Below, in pieces: positions 14,110 through 26,900 of a DNA stretch of 64,000 bases (position 1 is the stretch's first letter; every line of letters starts with the position of its first letter). Source of the DNA: Orbicella franksi (lineage: Eukaryota); the NCBI GenBank assembly GCA_964199315.1, contig OZ116709.1, positions 8,308,001-8,372,000 of the forward strand. The letters are read 5' to 3'. The notes below the pieces were generated by a model. The model was not told the DNA's origin, made no database searches, and was given only the letters and a program-made list of their open reading frames with translations. A program made the position numbers and the translations under genes.

Positions 14110-14782
14110 TTTAAAATTTACTAAAAGGCAGAAGAATTCCTTGTGCTATGTTACATGTACTTTGCACTAGAGTCTTTCATCCAGAAAATGCTGAAAACAA
14201 AGCCAGATATTTCGCAACTGTGCAACACTGAGTCTATCTATCTACAGTCTGCCGCCATTTTACGGCTTTTCTTCTTTCACGCAACCAGAACTTGAAGTCA
14301 CGTGATGGGGGTACGCTTGAACAGGCGTTGTAAAAGGACGAGGCGTACGAACCGCACAGACAGGAACCCTCTTGGTCCCTGTTTTCGTTTTTCTCTAATT
14401 CCTACGATGAAAGTGCGATAAAGCAAAGAAGGGAGAGGAGTGGCGCAGGGGGGGAGGGGTGGGTGGCGGCTGGGGGGACTAAAGGACATTCGTGGGTTCC
14501 TCTCAGATATTAAGGTCTATTAAGAAGTGCTCGTTTTCCCTTTTATCTTTAACTTATTATGATGGCAGAGTTTCATTCTAGGCATTTTAGGAAGGAACGC
14601 CGATGTTTCATCCTCTCCTACCAAGGTATCTTTTATCGCTTGTACGCGAAAAAGAAATTATTTCCAAGGTTTCGACCAGTCATGGTAAAATCTTCAAGAC
14701 TTCCCAAATCATAGCATTCGACAAAGTCATTATTGTCCTAACAATGACAACGTCTTTATTGCCATTTAAGTCGCTATAGCTC

Positions 14783-16038
14783 TACCCTGGGTGCCAGAGA
14801 TTTTTCTTCCGCGGTTTCCCGTGTTGGTCATGTCTCTATTGTGACCCGCGAACCTCTGGAGCAGAGCGCGATTTCTTTGACAGCGCCGAGCCAATGACAA
14901 GCCTGTTTAAATCTGTCTAGTCCAGAATCAAGATCTGGACAATAACAAAAGTTGCTCCAAACGTTCGACGGTGTTGACAACTTTGAAGCGCCGAGCAAAG
15001 GGATGGAATTGCGAATTTTATTCGCAGCAACGATGTTTTAGCGGTTTTGTCAACGGGATTCGGGAAATCGTTGTCAGTTCAGTTAATTCCTGGACTCTGT
15101 GTTGAACTACACAATGCTCCAGACGCCCGGTGTACCAGACGAGCTGGAACAGCATTTTCAATGCGTATTTTCACCGTTTGTAGCTTCTCCTGTCCAACAG
15201 ACAATATTCTTTTTGTAATATTCTCAGTTTAAATTTGCGACTTCTTTGACAGTCGCCTCGAATTTTTCGATCCGTCGGTAGCACGATGATAGTCGATGAT
15301 AGTTGAATGATTCTCCCCGAATTTTCACCGACTATCATCAGCTGTCATCGACTATCATGCGCCGTTTGACCAAGGCTTTACAAAGAATACGCGGCCCGAC
15401 GGACAGATTGTCGTCCTCGAGAGTGAAAAGTGTCGAGATTCTTTCGAAAACTTTCAGTTGTTGAGCATTTTCAGATACAAGGCTGTAATATCCACCATTA
15501 CGCACAACATTAGCGTCAAATAAACGGCGCGACAGCGAAGACTTAGGCGGAATCTTTTTCACGGGTGTATGACGTAGTTTTTAGTCCCGCAGGAGCCATG
15601 AATTCAAACCAGACCAGGGGCCCGTTTCTCGAAGGTCCCGAAAAGTTTTCGCACCCGGAAAGCCGTAGCAAAATCTCAATCCTTATGACTACAGAGCTAT
15701 TTTATTCACATATTCTTAGTATAAACAGAGGTTCCATTCGGTACAAGAAGTTTCAGGCGTGTACACCTCTCTGTCTTTAGATACCGATTAACAAAAAATG
15801 GTTTTTCGGGCCCGAAAAGTTTCCTGGGCTTTCGAGAAACAAGCCCCAGATCTGTCATGTCACGTGAATATATCATGTCTTCACGTGTCAGTCCATGTGG
15901 GAGATGCTCACTGTGATTGGTTTTAATGTAATCCAATAAAATTGATCAAAGTTCAACGACAACAGTGCCAGAGGTTTTTCTCGCGACCTCGTATTTCCGT
16001 CCACCGCGCGCGAGAAAAAACCTCTGGTGCCCATGGTA
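14783..16038 (+). mobile_element. Non-autonomous AcademH-like DNA transposon with RecQ helicase remnant
   Basis: TIRs taccctgggtgccagag / ctctggtgcccatggta; exact 9-bp TSD ctatagctc (14774-14782, 16039-16047); internal EQRDGIANFIRSNDVLAVLSTGFGKSL (14993-15073). Confidence 0.8.
15618..15846. mobile_element. PIF/Harbinger-type MITE nested in the AcademH-like element
   Basis: TIRs gggcccgtttctcgaa / ttcgagaaacaagccc; 3-bp TSD cag. Confidence 0.7.
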
Positions 16039-16710
16039 CTATAGCTCTTATTTGTCGGCCTGTTTCTCAATGGCATCTTTTTGGGATTAGATAAAACTTA
16101 AACTATGCCCAGATTGTATAATTCAAGCATCTCTGCCCACAGGTCTGCCCCTTTAGGCGGCGGTACACCTAAAAGTTCTGTAAAAGATCGAATTTTTGTT
16201 TTTTTTTTCCGGAATTTGAATCTTAAGGTATTAAAATTCTATTTTGACAAACATTTCTGTTACTGTAAGTTCAAAGCTCGTTTTCTCAAAACGAGTTATT
16301 TCTGCCTTTGAGTCCTTTGAGAAAAGATATTTTGAGAAGGATTTGTCCAGTTGAGCTGAAATTGTCGGGACTTGTTGTTCTAAGTAAGTTTTGTGTTTTA
16401 AGCATAGACCTTTTTCATCCAGTGTATTTTGTCGAAGTTATGCATTGAAACGTATGCTGGTCTATGCTGGAGTTTCTGTATCAGATTTGACTGATCACCA
16501 TTTCATGTGTTTTTAACTTTTCAAATATCTCTTTGCTTAAAACAGTGAGCTAATTGTCTTCCTTTAAAAAAATGTAAGAAATTATTAATTTTGACCAGTT
16601 CTTGTAGGAGTTATCTTTTCTCGAGTAAGCCTTGGCATTCCCCATCAGGTGGCAGATTTAATCAGCCAGTGTCAGGTTACAATACAGTTCTAAAGTACAA
16701 CAACAGTCTG

Positions 16711-17700
16711 CAGGGCTCAAAGTTTATTCTTGGCTTTGGGAGCACTTGTGCGACCAGGTGTACATTTTTAGGCGCACTGCCGAAATTTTAGGCGCAGAGT
16801 TAAAAATTTTAGGCGCACAGCTTCAAATACTTGGAGCACCTACTCGAAAAGAATACTTAACGCTCCAAAAAGAGCGATTCAGGAATCGTGTTGCAATATG
16901 GGCCTATTCTAGCAGTATTGGACACAACGAAAACAAATAAAAGATTCAGGATATTTCACAAAAGGGTTATACTTAGATATCAACTACCGACGTCGCTCCG
17001 TTGCGTATCCTCACTATCCAATTGCTTGTTGTTTGCCTCCCTTTGAAATTCTGTTCAGGAAGATTCTTGATTTATTCAACATCTGGGTATTCGTGAGAAC
17101 TAGCACAAACTTTGCTCTTTTGGCTACTGCTTTCAAGCCATAGAACTCGTGGACCAGCCCGTTCCGAAAACGCTGGACATTTTAGTGTGTTAGACAAGCG
17201 AAAACAAAGCTTTCTTTACAAAACGCAGCATTCTGTAACAGTTGTTCGCGAAGAACGAGCACACGAGTTAATTCTCATCCCCAGTTTCCACGCTTTCCGC
17301 TAGATCATCAATTGCGCAAGAATTAAGCATGTGCTTCATTCCCTCATTTGCACGTGTCAGCGGAGTTGTTTACAACACAGAACGTGGGGAAGAAATGAAC
17401 GTTCGAGTTCAGAGAATCCACTGGGAAATTGGGCTTATAGATGACGAATAGAACACACACCGATGAAAGGAAAATGGTCACGTGCAACTTTATTATTTAG
17501 TGCGTGGTTGTGTTATGTCTATGTTTATATGATATTTATCAATCTGAGTACGTTAGTATGGTTAGGAGAGTAAGCACTGGAGAAGTCGCACTGTACTTTG
17601 GCTTTGAAGGCGCCGTGGTGCGACCACACATGATTTTTTAGGCGCACAGCCAAAAATCTAGTCGCATATGCGACCAGTTGGTCGTTAACTTTGAGCCCTG
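16711..17700. mobile_element. hAT-like non-autonomous element (CAGGGCTCAAAGTT TIRs)
   Basis: Perfect 14-bp TIR; subterminal tttaggcgca repeats at both ends; no clean 8-bp TSD. Confidence 0.6.
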
Positions 17701-18809
17701 CAACAACAAAAAAGTCATAATATTTGGTCTTTAAGCGTTCTAAAATGTATACTTTGCCATGGTTTGGGATTAAATCTAAACCACGAAAAAAGTTTGAAAA
17801 AATGGTGTGGTTTTTAGTTGACCCCCGCCTTGACATGGGGCTACCCCCTCTTGGTCTCCCTACCCAGTTCAGTACTGGAGTTTTCTTGCGGGAGGTCCTT
17901 ACCCGGCGCTTTAGAAATACGGTAGAATCCCGTTAATGCGGCCACCAATGGGCCATGAAAATTTGGGGAGGCCATTTTAGGGTCAAATTTCATGACCATG
18001 ATCGTGATACATCACGGGCCTAACATGAGTGCTGTGACAACTTATCAGATATATCACAGTTGCACCTCTAAACAACTGTTCTTTAATAAGCACCCGGAAA
18101 GCAGATATAATTTTCAAGAATTGACCTTGAATCGAAACATGGCTAGCGGTGGGATGCTTGACCATCACGGGTTATACCAACGCCCTAGAAATAGACACCA
18201 AACGAAACATTGATAACTCATCTACTTCTTCAGAGCTGTTGATTGAAATAACAGCTGCGTTTCATCAGGATCTTTTCTTACCACTGCACGTACACAGAGC
18301 TTTATTAATAGCGTTTAGTTTGTCATTAGTTTACATAGCCACCGACCTAAGCTAACTTACAGCTGTCAGTCTTTCAGCTATGGAACGAAGGTAGGTTATA
18401 ACGAATCGTACCTTGGAAAACTATTCACTAGTTTTCCTAGAGCTAGTAACGTTAGCTAGTTACCATATACCCCGCATTCTCGATCATAACAGATGTATTT
18501 TCGTACAGTTATCTTTCGATCTAAACATTGCTATAATCTGTCGTTGTCTGATTGATTATTTCCCAGTGTAGAATTCAAAAGAGATATATTGCTCTCGCGC
18601 TGGGCATGTTCACTACAAGAGGGGGGCGTGGGGGGCCTATTAGAAACCGAAAAATCGCGTAGAAAATCGCCGAAAACCGCCAAGCCGCGAGAAATTTCGT
18701 CCAAAACCGAGAACCGAAACAAAAGCCCTCACTAACAAGCTTTGGTAGTCTTCAGAATCTCTCTTGGTTATTTAATTTTACACGTCTAAACTTGTTTTAC
18801 TTTCCGAAG

Positions 18810-20187
18810 TAGCCTGCGGGCAGGCTCACCTTTGCGTCACACGCGGGAGCGGCGAAGAACAAAGCGATCCGACGGGAAGTCTGGTGAAGAGGTCCCAAGA
18901 AAGTGAGCCTGCCCTGATCTCTGTAATTTTTTTATTTCTGCTTCGTCTGAGCGAAGTGAAATACCATTGGTCAAAAAGCGGGAAAGGCGAGAAAACTGTC
19001 AATCTGTTATGTTTGATGAGGAGCGATTAAATCCCCATGGAGTCGTGAGTTACCGCACAATAAAAAACAATTCGTCCACATTGGAGTCAGAGGAAGAGTT
19101 GAGTGCGCGTATTACTGATGTTTTAACAAAGTTCCAGTTTTATTTCTGGTTAAATTTCAAACTAAAGAGGGAGCAGGAAATAGCAGTTGAAAGTATGTTA
19201 ATGAATCAAGACGTACTTGTCGTGTTGTCGACTGCATATGGAAAGAGTAAATATTACAAACATACGTGATCGCAAGCGGGCAACGAAACAACACGAAGGC
19301 GTTTGCCCGTTTACCAGCATCGTCAAAGACCAGATTACCAAAGCAAGATTACTCGGAATCAAGTATGTGTCCTTAGTAGACATAACCTTTGGCAGCTTTT
19401 CTTCGGCAAAACTTTATCAACAACGGATATCGCGCCAACATGTTGTTATGAAAAAGATTTACAATTTTCCCGAGAAATCTGAGCTGCCAAAGTTCATACT
19501 TTCGTTTAAAATTACCGTATTTATTCGATTAAGCGCCCAGGGCGCTTATTTAATTTTGGACTTTCAGGGTGGGCGCCTATTCGAGGTGGGCGCTTATTCG
19601 AGGCTGGGCGCTTATTAAATGTTCACCATTTTCAGTAAGTAAAAAGTTTATTTTGTAAAAAAACAATAAATAAGAAAAAAAAAAAAAAAACATGACAAAA
19701 TATTAAAGCATATAAATTGTAACTGTTCATTGTTCGGTTTGTGCCCAGAACTAACAACTCATTGTTCGGTCTTCGCGGAAGTCTCTTTAGCTATCATAAT
19801 TGTCAATCAACATCATAAAATTTTCAGACAATGAAACTAGAGATTAAGCCATTAAAGAAATACCGTGATAATCAATACCCGTATTCCTCTTGTCCACTTT
19901 AATATTATTATTTTGGGGGGGGGGGGAGGGTGGGCGCTTATTCGAGGTTGGGCGCTTAAAAAGTACTTTTTGGGGGTTGGGTGGTGGGGGTAGGCGCTTA
20001 TTCGAGGCTGTGCGCTTATTAACTTTTTCTACCCTCAAGGTGGGCGCTTATTCAAGGTGGGCGCTTATTCGAGGTTGGAAATAAAAAGAAATAAAATGCA
20101 AACAGCGGCAACAAACATAACACATGAACTACGCATGGTTTGGAACAATAATCTAAAATTTTCCAACGTGAGCCTGCTCGCAGGCTA
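18810..20187 (+). mobile_element. Second AcademH-like element with RecQ helicase remnant
   Basis: TIR tagcctgcg(g/a)gcaggctcac 19/20; exact 9-bp TSD tttccgaag (18801-18809, 20188-20196); internal LKREQ..DVLVVLSTAYGKS (19162-19248) and frameshifted VCPFTSIVKDQI (19301-19336). Confidence 0.8.
19513..20080. repeat. Repeat with tandem gggcgcttattcgagg units nested in the element above
   Basis: Starts taccgtatttattcg; about 8 copies of gggcgcttattc(g/a)agg in two clusters. Confidence 0.6.
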
Positions 20188-20310
20188 TTTCCGAAGTTCT
20201 TTCTGCGTATTTCCTCGTTAATTAGTGCAGAACACATCGTAGTCTAAAAAGCTCTTTTTGTGTAAATCGGCTCCACAGACCTATAGCAACGTGAAACTAG
20301 AAACAAATTG

Positions 20311-20736
20311 ATAAGTTAATAAAGATGGTGAATTTTAAGCTCGGTAATGAAATGTGAAGGTGAATTAATCAACATGACACGAGCGTGGGACAAAGAAAAA
20401 TTCTGAGTCCCCGACAGGAATCGAACCCATGACCTCCCGAACACCGGGCGGGTGCTCTATCCACTGAGCTACGAGAACTCATGGAGAGCAAGGTCATTTA
20501 ACTGAGTTCATATATGATAGGTGTCCTGCATACTGCTAGGATCAACAGCGTTGAGTATGCAGGACACCTATCATATATGAACTCAGTTAAATGACCTTGC
20601 TCTCCATGAGTTCTCGTAGCTCAGTGGATAGAGCACCCGCCCGGTGTTCGGGAGGTCATAGGTTCGATTCCTGTCGGGGACTCAGAATTTTTCTTTGTCC
20701 CACGCTCGTGTCATGTTGATTAATTCACCTTCACAT
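20311..20736. mobile_element. Palindromic (head-out) duplication of a tRNA-derived SINE-like element
   Basis: 183-bp arms 20352-20534 / 20554-20736 with 1 mismatch and a 19-nt spacer; tRNA-like heads at 20404-20480 (-) and 20608-20684 (+) with A box tagctcagtgg and B box ggttcgattcc; flanking direct repeat tagaaacaaattg (20298-20310, 20736-20748). Confidence 0.85.
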
Positions 20737-21184
20737 AGAAACAAATTGCACAATAAAATGACTTTAGGCCATTTTTGTTTAAAAGAAACACCACATTCTG
20801 AAGTTACTTTTTGATTGCTACTGTCAGAATTTTAATTTGTGTAGGCACAATGATGGCAGCCCCATTTTACAACCAAACTACTTAATTTTACAACCAAACA
20901 GTCTCTCCTTTGTGAACGGAGCAAGTGAGCGCAATGTTATTCCCGCAACGAATAGGGGAGACAACTCGCAATTGAGCAACGGTTCACAGTCTAAGGTCAA
21001 AGTCCACAAGATATTTTCCGAGCCGCGTGATATTTGAGAAATAGTCTTTTGCTTGATGTCATCTCTAGCTTTTCATAGTCTGCTTGACAGCCGTTACAAG
21101 CGAAATAACGGCTGCTGAAGAGACTAGTAGGCTTGTCGAGCGTTCCTCTAAAGCTTGGAATTACAGTTTTAGCGTGACTACGGG

Positions 21185-21432
21185 GGAGGGGGGGGGGGGT
21201 AACTTCCTTGGCAAAACCAGAAAAACCGTAAAATGCATTGGGCAGAAAAATCCGAAAACCCGCCATCACTGTTGACAAAAACCGAAAACCAAAGACTATT
21301 AAATTTGGAGAAAACCCGCAAACCGTACAATACACCAAAACCGAAAAACCGCAGTTTTTAAGTGCGAAAACCGAAAAACGGAACAAAAAGTTGGCCAAAT
21401 CCGCAAAACCGCAAATCCCAACGCCCCCCTCC
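21185..21432. repeat. MITE-like repeat rich in aaaaccg(c/a) units; related partial copy at ~18620-18722
   Basis: G-rich and C-rich ends with repeated aaaccgaaa motifs in both places. Confidence 0.5.
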
Positions 21433-22288
21433 TACAAGTTCTTCGGTTTTCCTGACAAACTAATGACCCGATCAGATCCAAATTCCTTCTCTAGTTCGTA
21501 TTTACATCATGGTTACTTGCGAAAGAATTCTTTTTCCCCGCCGTGTCTTTTGCCATTAGTTTTATTACGTCACCCGAATAGACTGCGCCTCAAGACTTGC
21601 CACGACCCCTCTCCCCACCCCCGTCTGCTAGAGGAGATGGGGCCTCATTATATGGCTCTGCCGGAGAAGCACTTCCGTGCCGTTTAATTAGAGGTTGAAA
21701 TCATGAGTAGCCTTTCATTTTATTGATCACAAGTCAGTAGAAGAATCCGGGGAAGGAGGAGGGTACTTGACCCATTGACTGATTGATTGATTGATTGATA
21801 GCTTTGTTGATATGCGGTAAAACTTCGTTCAGTATAGTATTATAAGAATATAAAAACCTATCTTACCACTAAAGCTGCTTTTCAAAGATGCCGTGTCTCA
21901 TTCAAAGCTGCAATGACGCACTTTACATTTAAATTCGCTTAACGAAACTGTAGATCGGAGTTCACGAACCGAAAGGCTGTAGGAAAAAACTCCTCTTTAA
22001 ATAATTGGTGCGGGGCTGCGGCAAAGCCACGTTATTCTCAGAATTCCTCAGTCGATCGAAATTGTAGATAGCCAGGGGCCAATCCATGTAAAATTTTGAA
22101 CATCATAACGGACGCGGTTACTAGCCAGCCGAGTACCTGGAACAGCTTTTCAATATCAGATCGTCTTCATTGCTTGCATTCAATAAAATACGGACTGCGC
22201 GATTTTGGAGCTTCTGTAGTTTTTCAGAAAGGCCGACACCGCACTGAGTTTCCCCAAACAACACTACAATAATCAAAATATGGTTAAA

Positions 22289-22543
22289 CTATAAGCTATT
22301 ATACACGTCAATTAGAACATTAAAAGGAACAAGATGGGGTAATCTAATAATTGCACCCAAAGCAGAGGCAATCGTTTTACAAATACTCTGTATATGACAA
22401 CAATCCCAGGTTAAGTTTCGCTTTAAATCTGCATCTGCATACATTCTTGGTTGTGGAAAATGTAAGCAATTTGGCAGGCCATTTACATCCAATAAAAACA
22501 GTAAAGGTCCTAGGATAGTGCCCTGGGGGACATCACATTTCAC
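22289..22543 (-). pseudogene. Degenerate LINE (CR1/L2-like) reverse transcriptase fragment
   Basis: CDVPQGTILGPLLFLL..LPNCL..PRMYADAD matches RT motifs GVPQGSILGP and YADD; an internal deletion joins it to IASALGAI..LVPFNVLIDVYNSL. Confidence 0.8.
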
Positions 22544-22569
22544 TAATTTTGGAGTGGGAATTGAGAAAC

Positions 22570-22709
22570 TACAGTTCAGCCCCTATTAAACGGTCACCAT
22601 CGGGGAAATGGATAGTGGCCGCTTAAAGGGGACTCGCTGCTTAATAGAGGTAGAAAAATAGAAAAGCCCCCATCGGGACTTTGATAACTTTAATAGGGGT
22701 TTGACTGTA
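22570..22709. mobile_element. Tc1/mariner-type MITE
   Basis: tacagttcagcccctattaa / ttaataggggtttgactgta imperfect TIRs with TA ends. Confidence 0.65.
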
Positions 22710-23961
22710 ATTTGGCAAATTTGGGTACGATTGTTTAAATACGGATGCATGGTTGTTTTTACATTGGCAACCTTGGGGTAAAAATTATTAAACCTGAGCC
22801 ACGCTGCCAAAAATGGATTTCCGTGCTTTTTCGAAGGAGGTCTTGACCAACATCTCCGTCACTTCTCCTTAGGCGTGTCTTCTTAGATAGCGGGGAGACG
22901 CATGTACACGAGCGAGCGAGTGAAGAAGCAAAAAAGACTTTTTCTAGTGCTCTCTCTTCTTCCTATTTCTTTCGCCGGCTTGAATTTTCGTGCAACTGAT
23001 TGAGAACCTAGGCGCGAGCGAAAAGCACGCCCCACCTCAGGCAACACGAAATCGAAAAAAAAAAAAAAAAAATTGGAGGGTGCAAAGGGACTTTTTGTGT
23101 GGAGTATATATACCACTTCGGGGTAATTTAGGGTACAACTGATTTTAAGAGATCAATGTTTGATATAGGATACGTGAAATCATATGTGTAGTTCAGTTTG
23201 ACGAGAGGATTTTGACAACTAGGTCGTATACAACGAAAAGCTCTTGAAGTACCCCGTCCTTGATCACCCCTCCCAACCAGGGACAGGAAGAAGAGAGGTG
23301 CGGCCCCGGGAACCTGTTTGCACCCCTCTGCCCCAATGGACTAATGGTTGTAGCGGCGGTTATATTGTCGATGGAACAAAAACCTACAAAAAGACAAAAC
23401 AAACTTTTGATAAACAAGAAACTTTTGATAATGCATCGACAATATGACATCACTGGCAAACCAAGAACAAACAGACATTCGGAGACGCGATCTGAGGTCT
23501 CGGTAACTGCAGTAGTCACATGTGGTCAGATTAATAACAGCACTTCGACGATGGCTTTTTATGGAAAAAGGTCCTTATCTAACGCCATTTCTTTCAGTTT
23601 TGTGTAGAAACCCCCCGTAAACTTGTGTCTTCTCATGTAGAACCGTATTTACTTATCTGTCGCAACGTCAGTCCCCATCTACTCTTCGAATCGTGGCCTA
23701 GAACAAAATTAACCTTCCGGTTTTTCGATTTTTAAATGAGTGGAACAAAACCAAAATGGTCATTAATTTTCGCTAAATCGGAAAACCCTATTACAAAGCT
23801 CGTTTTACAATTCGTTAATTATTGCATATTTTTGTTTTCAATTATGTAAAAGAAAAATCAGTGGATTGTGAAATTTCAAAACGTAATCGTCTACGGTGCT
23901 ACGAAAGCTTTGCTTGAGATCACCCGTGATTGAGGGGAAAATTTAGTTGAGTGCTATTAAA

Positions 23962-26900
23962 ATGGGAATCATTTACTCAAGAGAATCTTATGATCTTTTT
24001 CCCATTCCAACAGAGCCACAACCAAGGTAAGAAGTCATCTTAAAAACACAAGAGTTTAACAAAACAATGCTGGCCGAAAACGTCTGGAAAATTTATAATT
24101 TCGTACTCTATCAAACTCTGATGATCACGAGAACCTCGAGTCAAAACTACTGAAATGTGAAAACCAGGTAGCGAACTCGTGCCGAAGAGAGAATTGAAAT
24201 AATTTGCAAATATTTCTTAATATTAGCTTATTTCCGTGTATTTCACAGTCGTCAACTACTGGAAATGCATAACAATATATCCGTCGAAGCATATGGTCGA
24301 AGGATTGTAGTTTCTCATAGTTTTTAATAAAACATGTTGGAACCCGATTTTAATCTTACCTCTCATTTCAGCGAACTTTCACTTGTGATTTTTTTAAAAA
24401 AATGGTACGACTTCTCCACTTAAGACCTTGTGAGTTTTATAAAATGGTACGACTTCTTGAAAACAGAATACTCAAACATACACCTAGCTAGTGACCTTCA
24501 CGGTCGAGTCTTGATCAGTTTGGAGCTTTAGTTCGTGGTCACCACAAAGACACGTATATTTGGAATCTTCTTTCATCGTCATATCATTCCTGCATATGTT
24601 TGTTACTTGCCCGTTTTTACTTGGAGTTTTCTTATAGTTTCTACTATTTCTGTCCAGAGAAGATGTCCCTATGCAATACTCGCCCGTATCCATAACGCTT
24701 CGAATTACCGGTAACATAATACCGTCTGAGAAATCAATTTGGAAGTAGTGGTTTATGTAATTAATAAGCAAAAAGACCAGTGGCTAGTCAGGTGTATCAA
24801 AGATTTATGTATAATGGTCAAGTCCCATCGAAAAGCTTATCTATATTTTATGCCAACTTGATTGCCGAGTTTTGACTGTTCGGAGACGTACGATATAAAT
24901 AACCTCATCAGGATCATATGTTTTTACTAAAACCTGGGCACATAATGCCTGAATCGCAATGTGTGTCCAACTTAATTAGTAGTGTTCAACATCATTGTGC
25001 TACGAATTCAACGCATATTCACATCTGTAAAGCCAAAGTATACATCGCGCGCAATTTGGTGGCACAAAAAATCAAACCTGACATCTGGTTATCAAACTCT
25101 AAGCCAAACACGACGATCTTTTCTCTTTGTCGCCTACCTCCTTTTCTCCTCTGAAAGTGAAAGCACGAACTACGATTCCGATCAGGAGGCATTAATAGAC
25201 TCCTGACAGGAATCCGTTTATGGGCTCCTGCTAATTGAAAAAATAGGCTCGCAATGCGTAGATATGTAAACTGCTGCTTTGGACACGGCATGACTCTAAA
25301 TCCTTTGTAGAACTTGGGTAATATGTGCAACTTATTTGACAACCTCAAAAGGGAGTAGTGCACTACAGAAAGGTGCTTTACGTAACGTTTCAAATCGTTT
25401 AAGGTTTTACGGAATAGGGCAAGATCAATAACCAGCAAATAACCGGCAATGAGTAAAAAATATTCTGCCTTTCGTATTGTTCCCTTAAATCTCGACCCAG
25501 GTGACGAACCCTCTTCTGTCTCAGAAGACATATATATAATTGATTCTAGACAATAAGCATAGTAACACTTTGTTGCCTTAACGAATTTTTCAGCAAAGAG
25601 TCCGACGGGCTGACTGATCTTCAGATTGAAATGATCCGCAGTTCATGGGAAAAAGTCACACCCAACAAGAAGCACCATGGACAGCTGTTATTTCACAAGT
25701 ACGACCAACGCGATTTAAACTCTGAGTAGCCAGACACGCCCTAACAGTTTTTAGTATAAATCTACTAGGGTCCTATCACGAATGCCGTTCCATGATTGGC
25801 TACGCTACTCACTTTCTATTCTGTGATAGATAGTAAGGAGCGTAGCAGTGTGCCTTTGTTAACAAAATGACGGCCGCTTCTTGGCATTTTCGAAGTGTCT
25901 GTGAAGAGGATTCAGATAAAGTTGTGAACGACTAGTAGATTTATATCAAAACAATTAGATTATTTGCTCTCGATTTCTATGCGTGATAGTTGACGAGCTC
26001 GTCAAGTATCACGCGATAGACATCTCCAGCTCATAATTTAATTGTTTGATAGTGAGGTTACTCCAACCGTGAACATTTGATCACCTGTGATAGATTGGCA
26101 TCTCAAACAGGGTAGTAGTGGGTGCAATACACCCTGTTGATCCATGCTATGTTAAAGAAAACCATATAGGCTTGTAGATAGACTTAACGCATCTTGAAAA
26201 ATCTTTCATTCGTAATCCGTCTGTATCTTCCCGTTTTATCCATCCTTTCTTCATTGTGGCTTATAATTACCTTGCTGGTGTTTTTCTAAAATTATTTTTA
26301 AGTCTCTATCGATTTGGCCCTAATAACTTTGTGCATCGTTAAGAGTTGGCATGCATTGTGATTAATTCGTACTAGGCCATTTCCGAGTTACCTTATGCCT
26401 CTGTTTCAAAACGAGACCTTTCTTATGAAAATAAGTTTGAATTACACGAAAAAATGAACCTGTAGGCGGAAGCCTTTTCTTATGAATGGTTTCGCATTAA
26501 GACTCGTTTTGACCCAGAGGCAAAAGGCAACCCGGAAACGGCCCATTGCTCAGTACGTTATAGAAAATCACTCAATCAATTTTGCATTTCATTACATTGA
26601 CAGGTTATTTGAGATAGCGCCCGAAATGACAGACTTATTTCCCTTCGGTGACGACTTCACAAAGCCCCAGTTCACCACGCATGCCTTAAATATTATGAAC
26701 GCTCTAGATCACGCAATACAAAATTTGGATAACCCTGATGTACTTATACCCAAGTTGAGAGAACTGGGCCAGATGCATGCAGGGTTTGAGTTGACTACCA
26801 AAGAATTTCAGGTAAGACTATTTCTCCAACGCCGGCCGAGTTCTTCAATGTTGCAGTGCGTAGCCTCAATACTACATTACTTGTACAAAATTTCGGACGT

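Noticed and set aside
20608-20684. tRNA gene
   Set aside because: Anticodon stem is mismatched and the cloverleaf is embedded in a SINE body; treated as a SINE head.
23193-23607. Overlapping 67-115-aa ORFs upstream of the globin
   Set aside because: No recognisable domain, splice signals or consistent frame.
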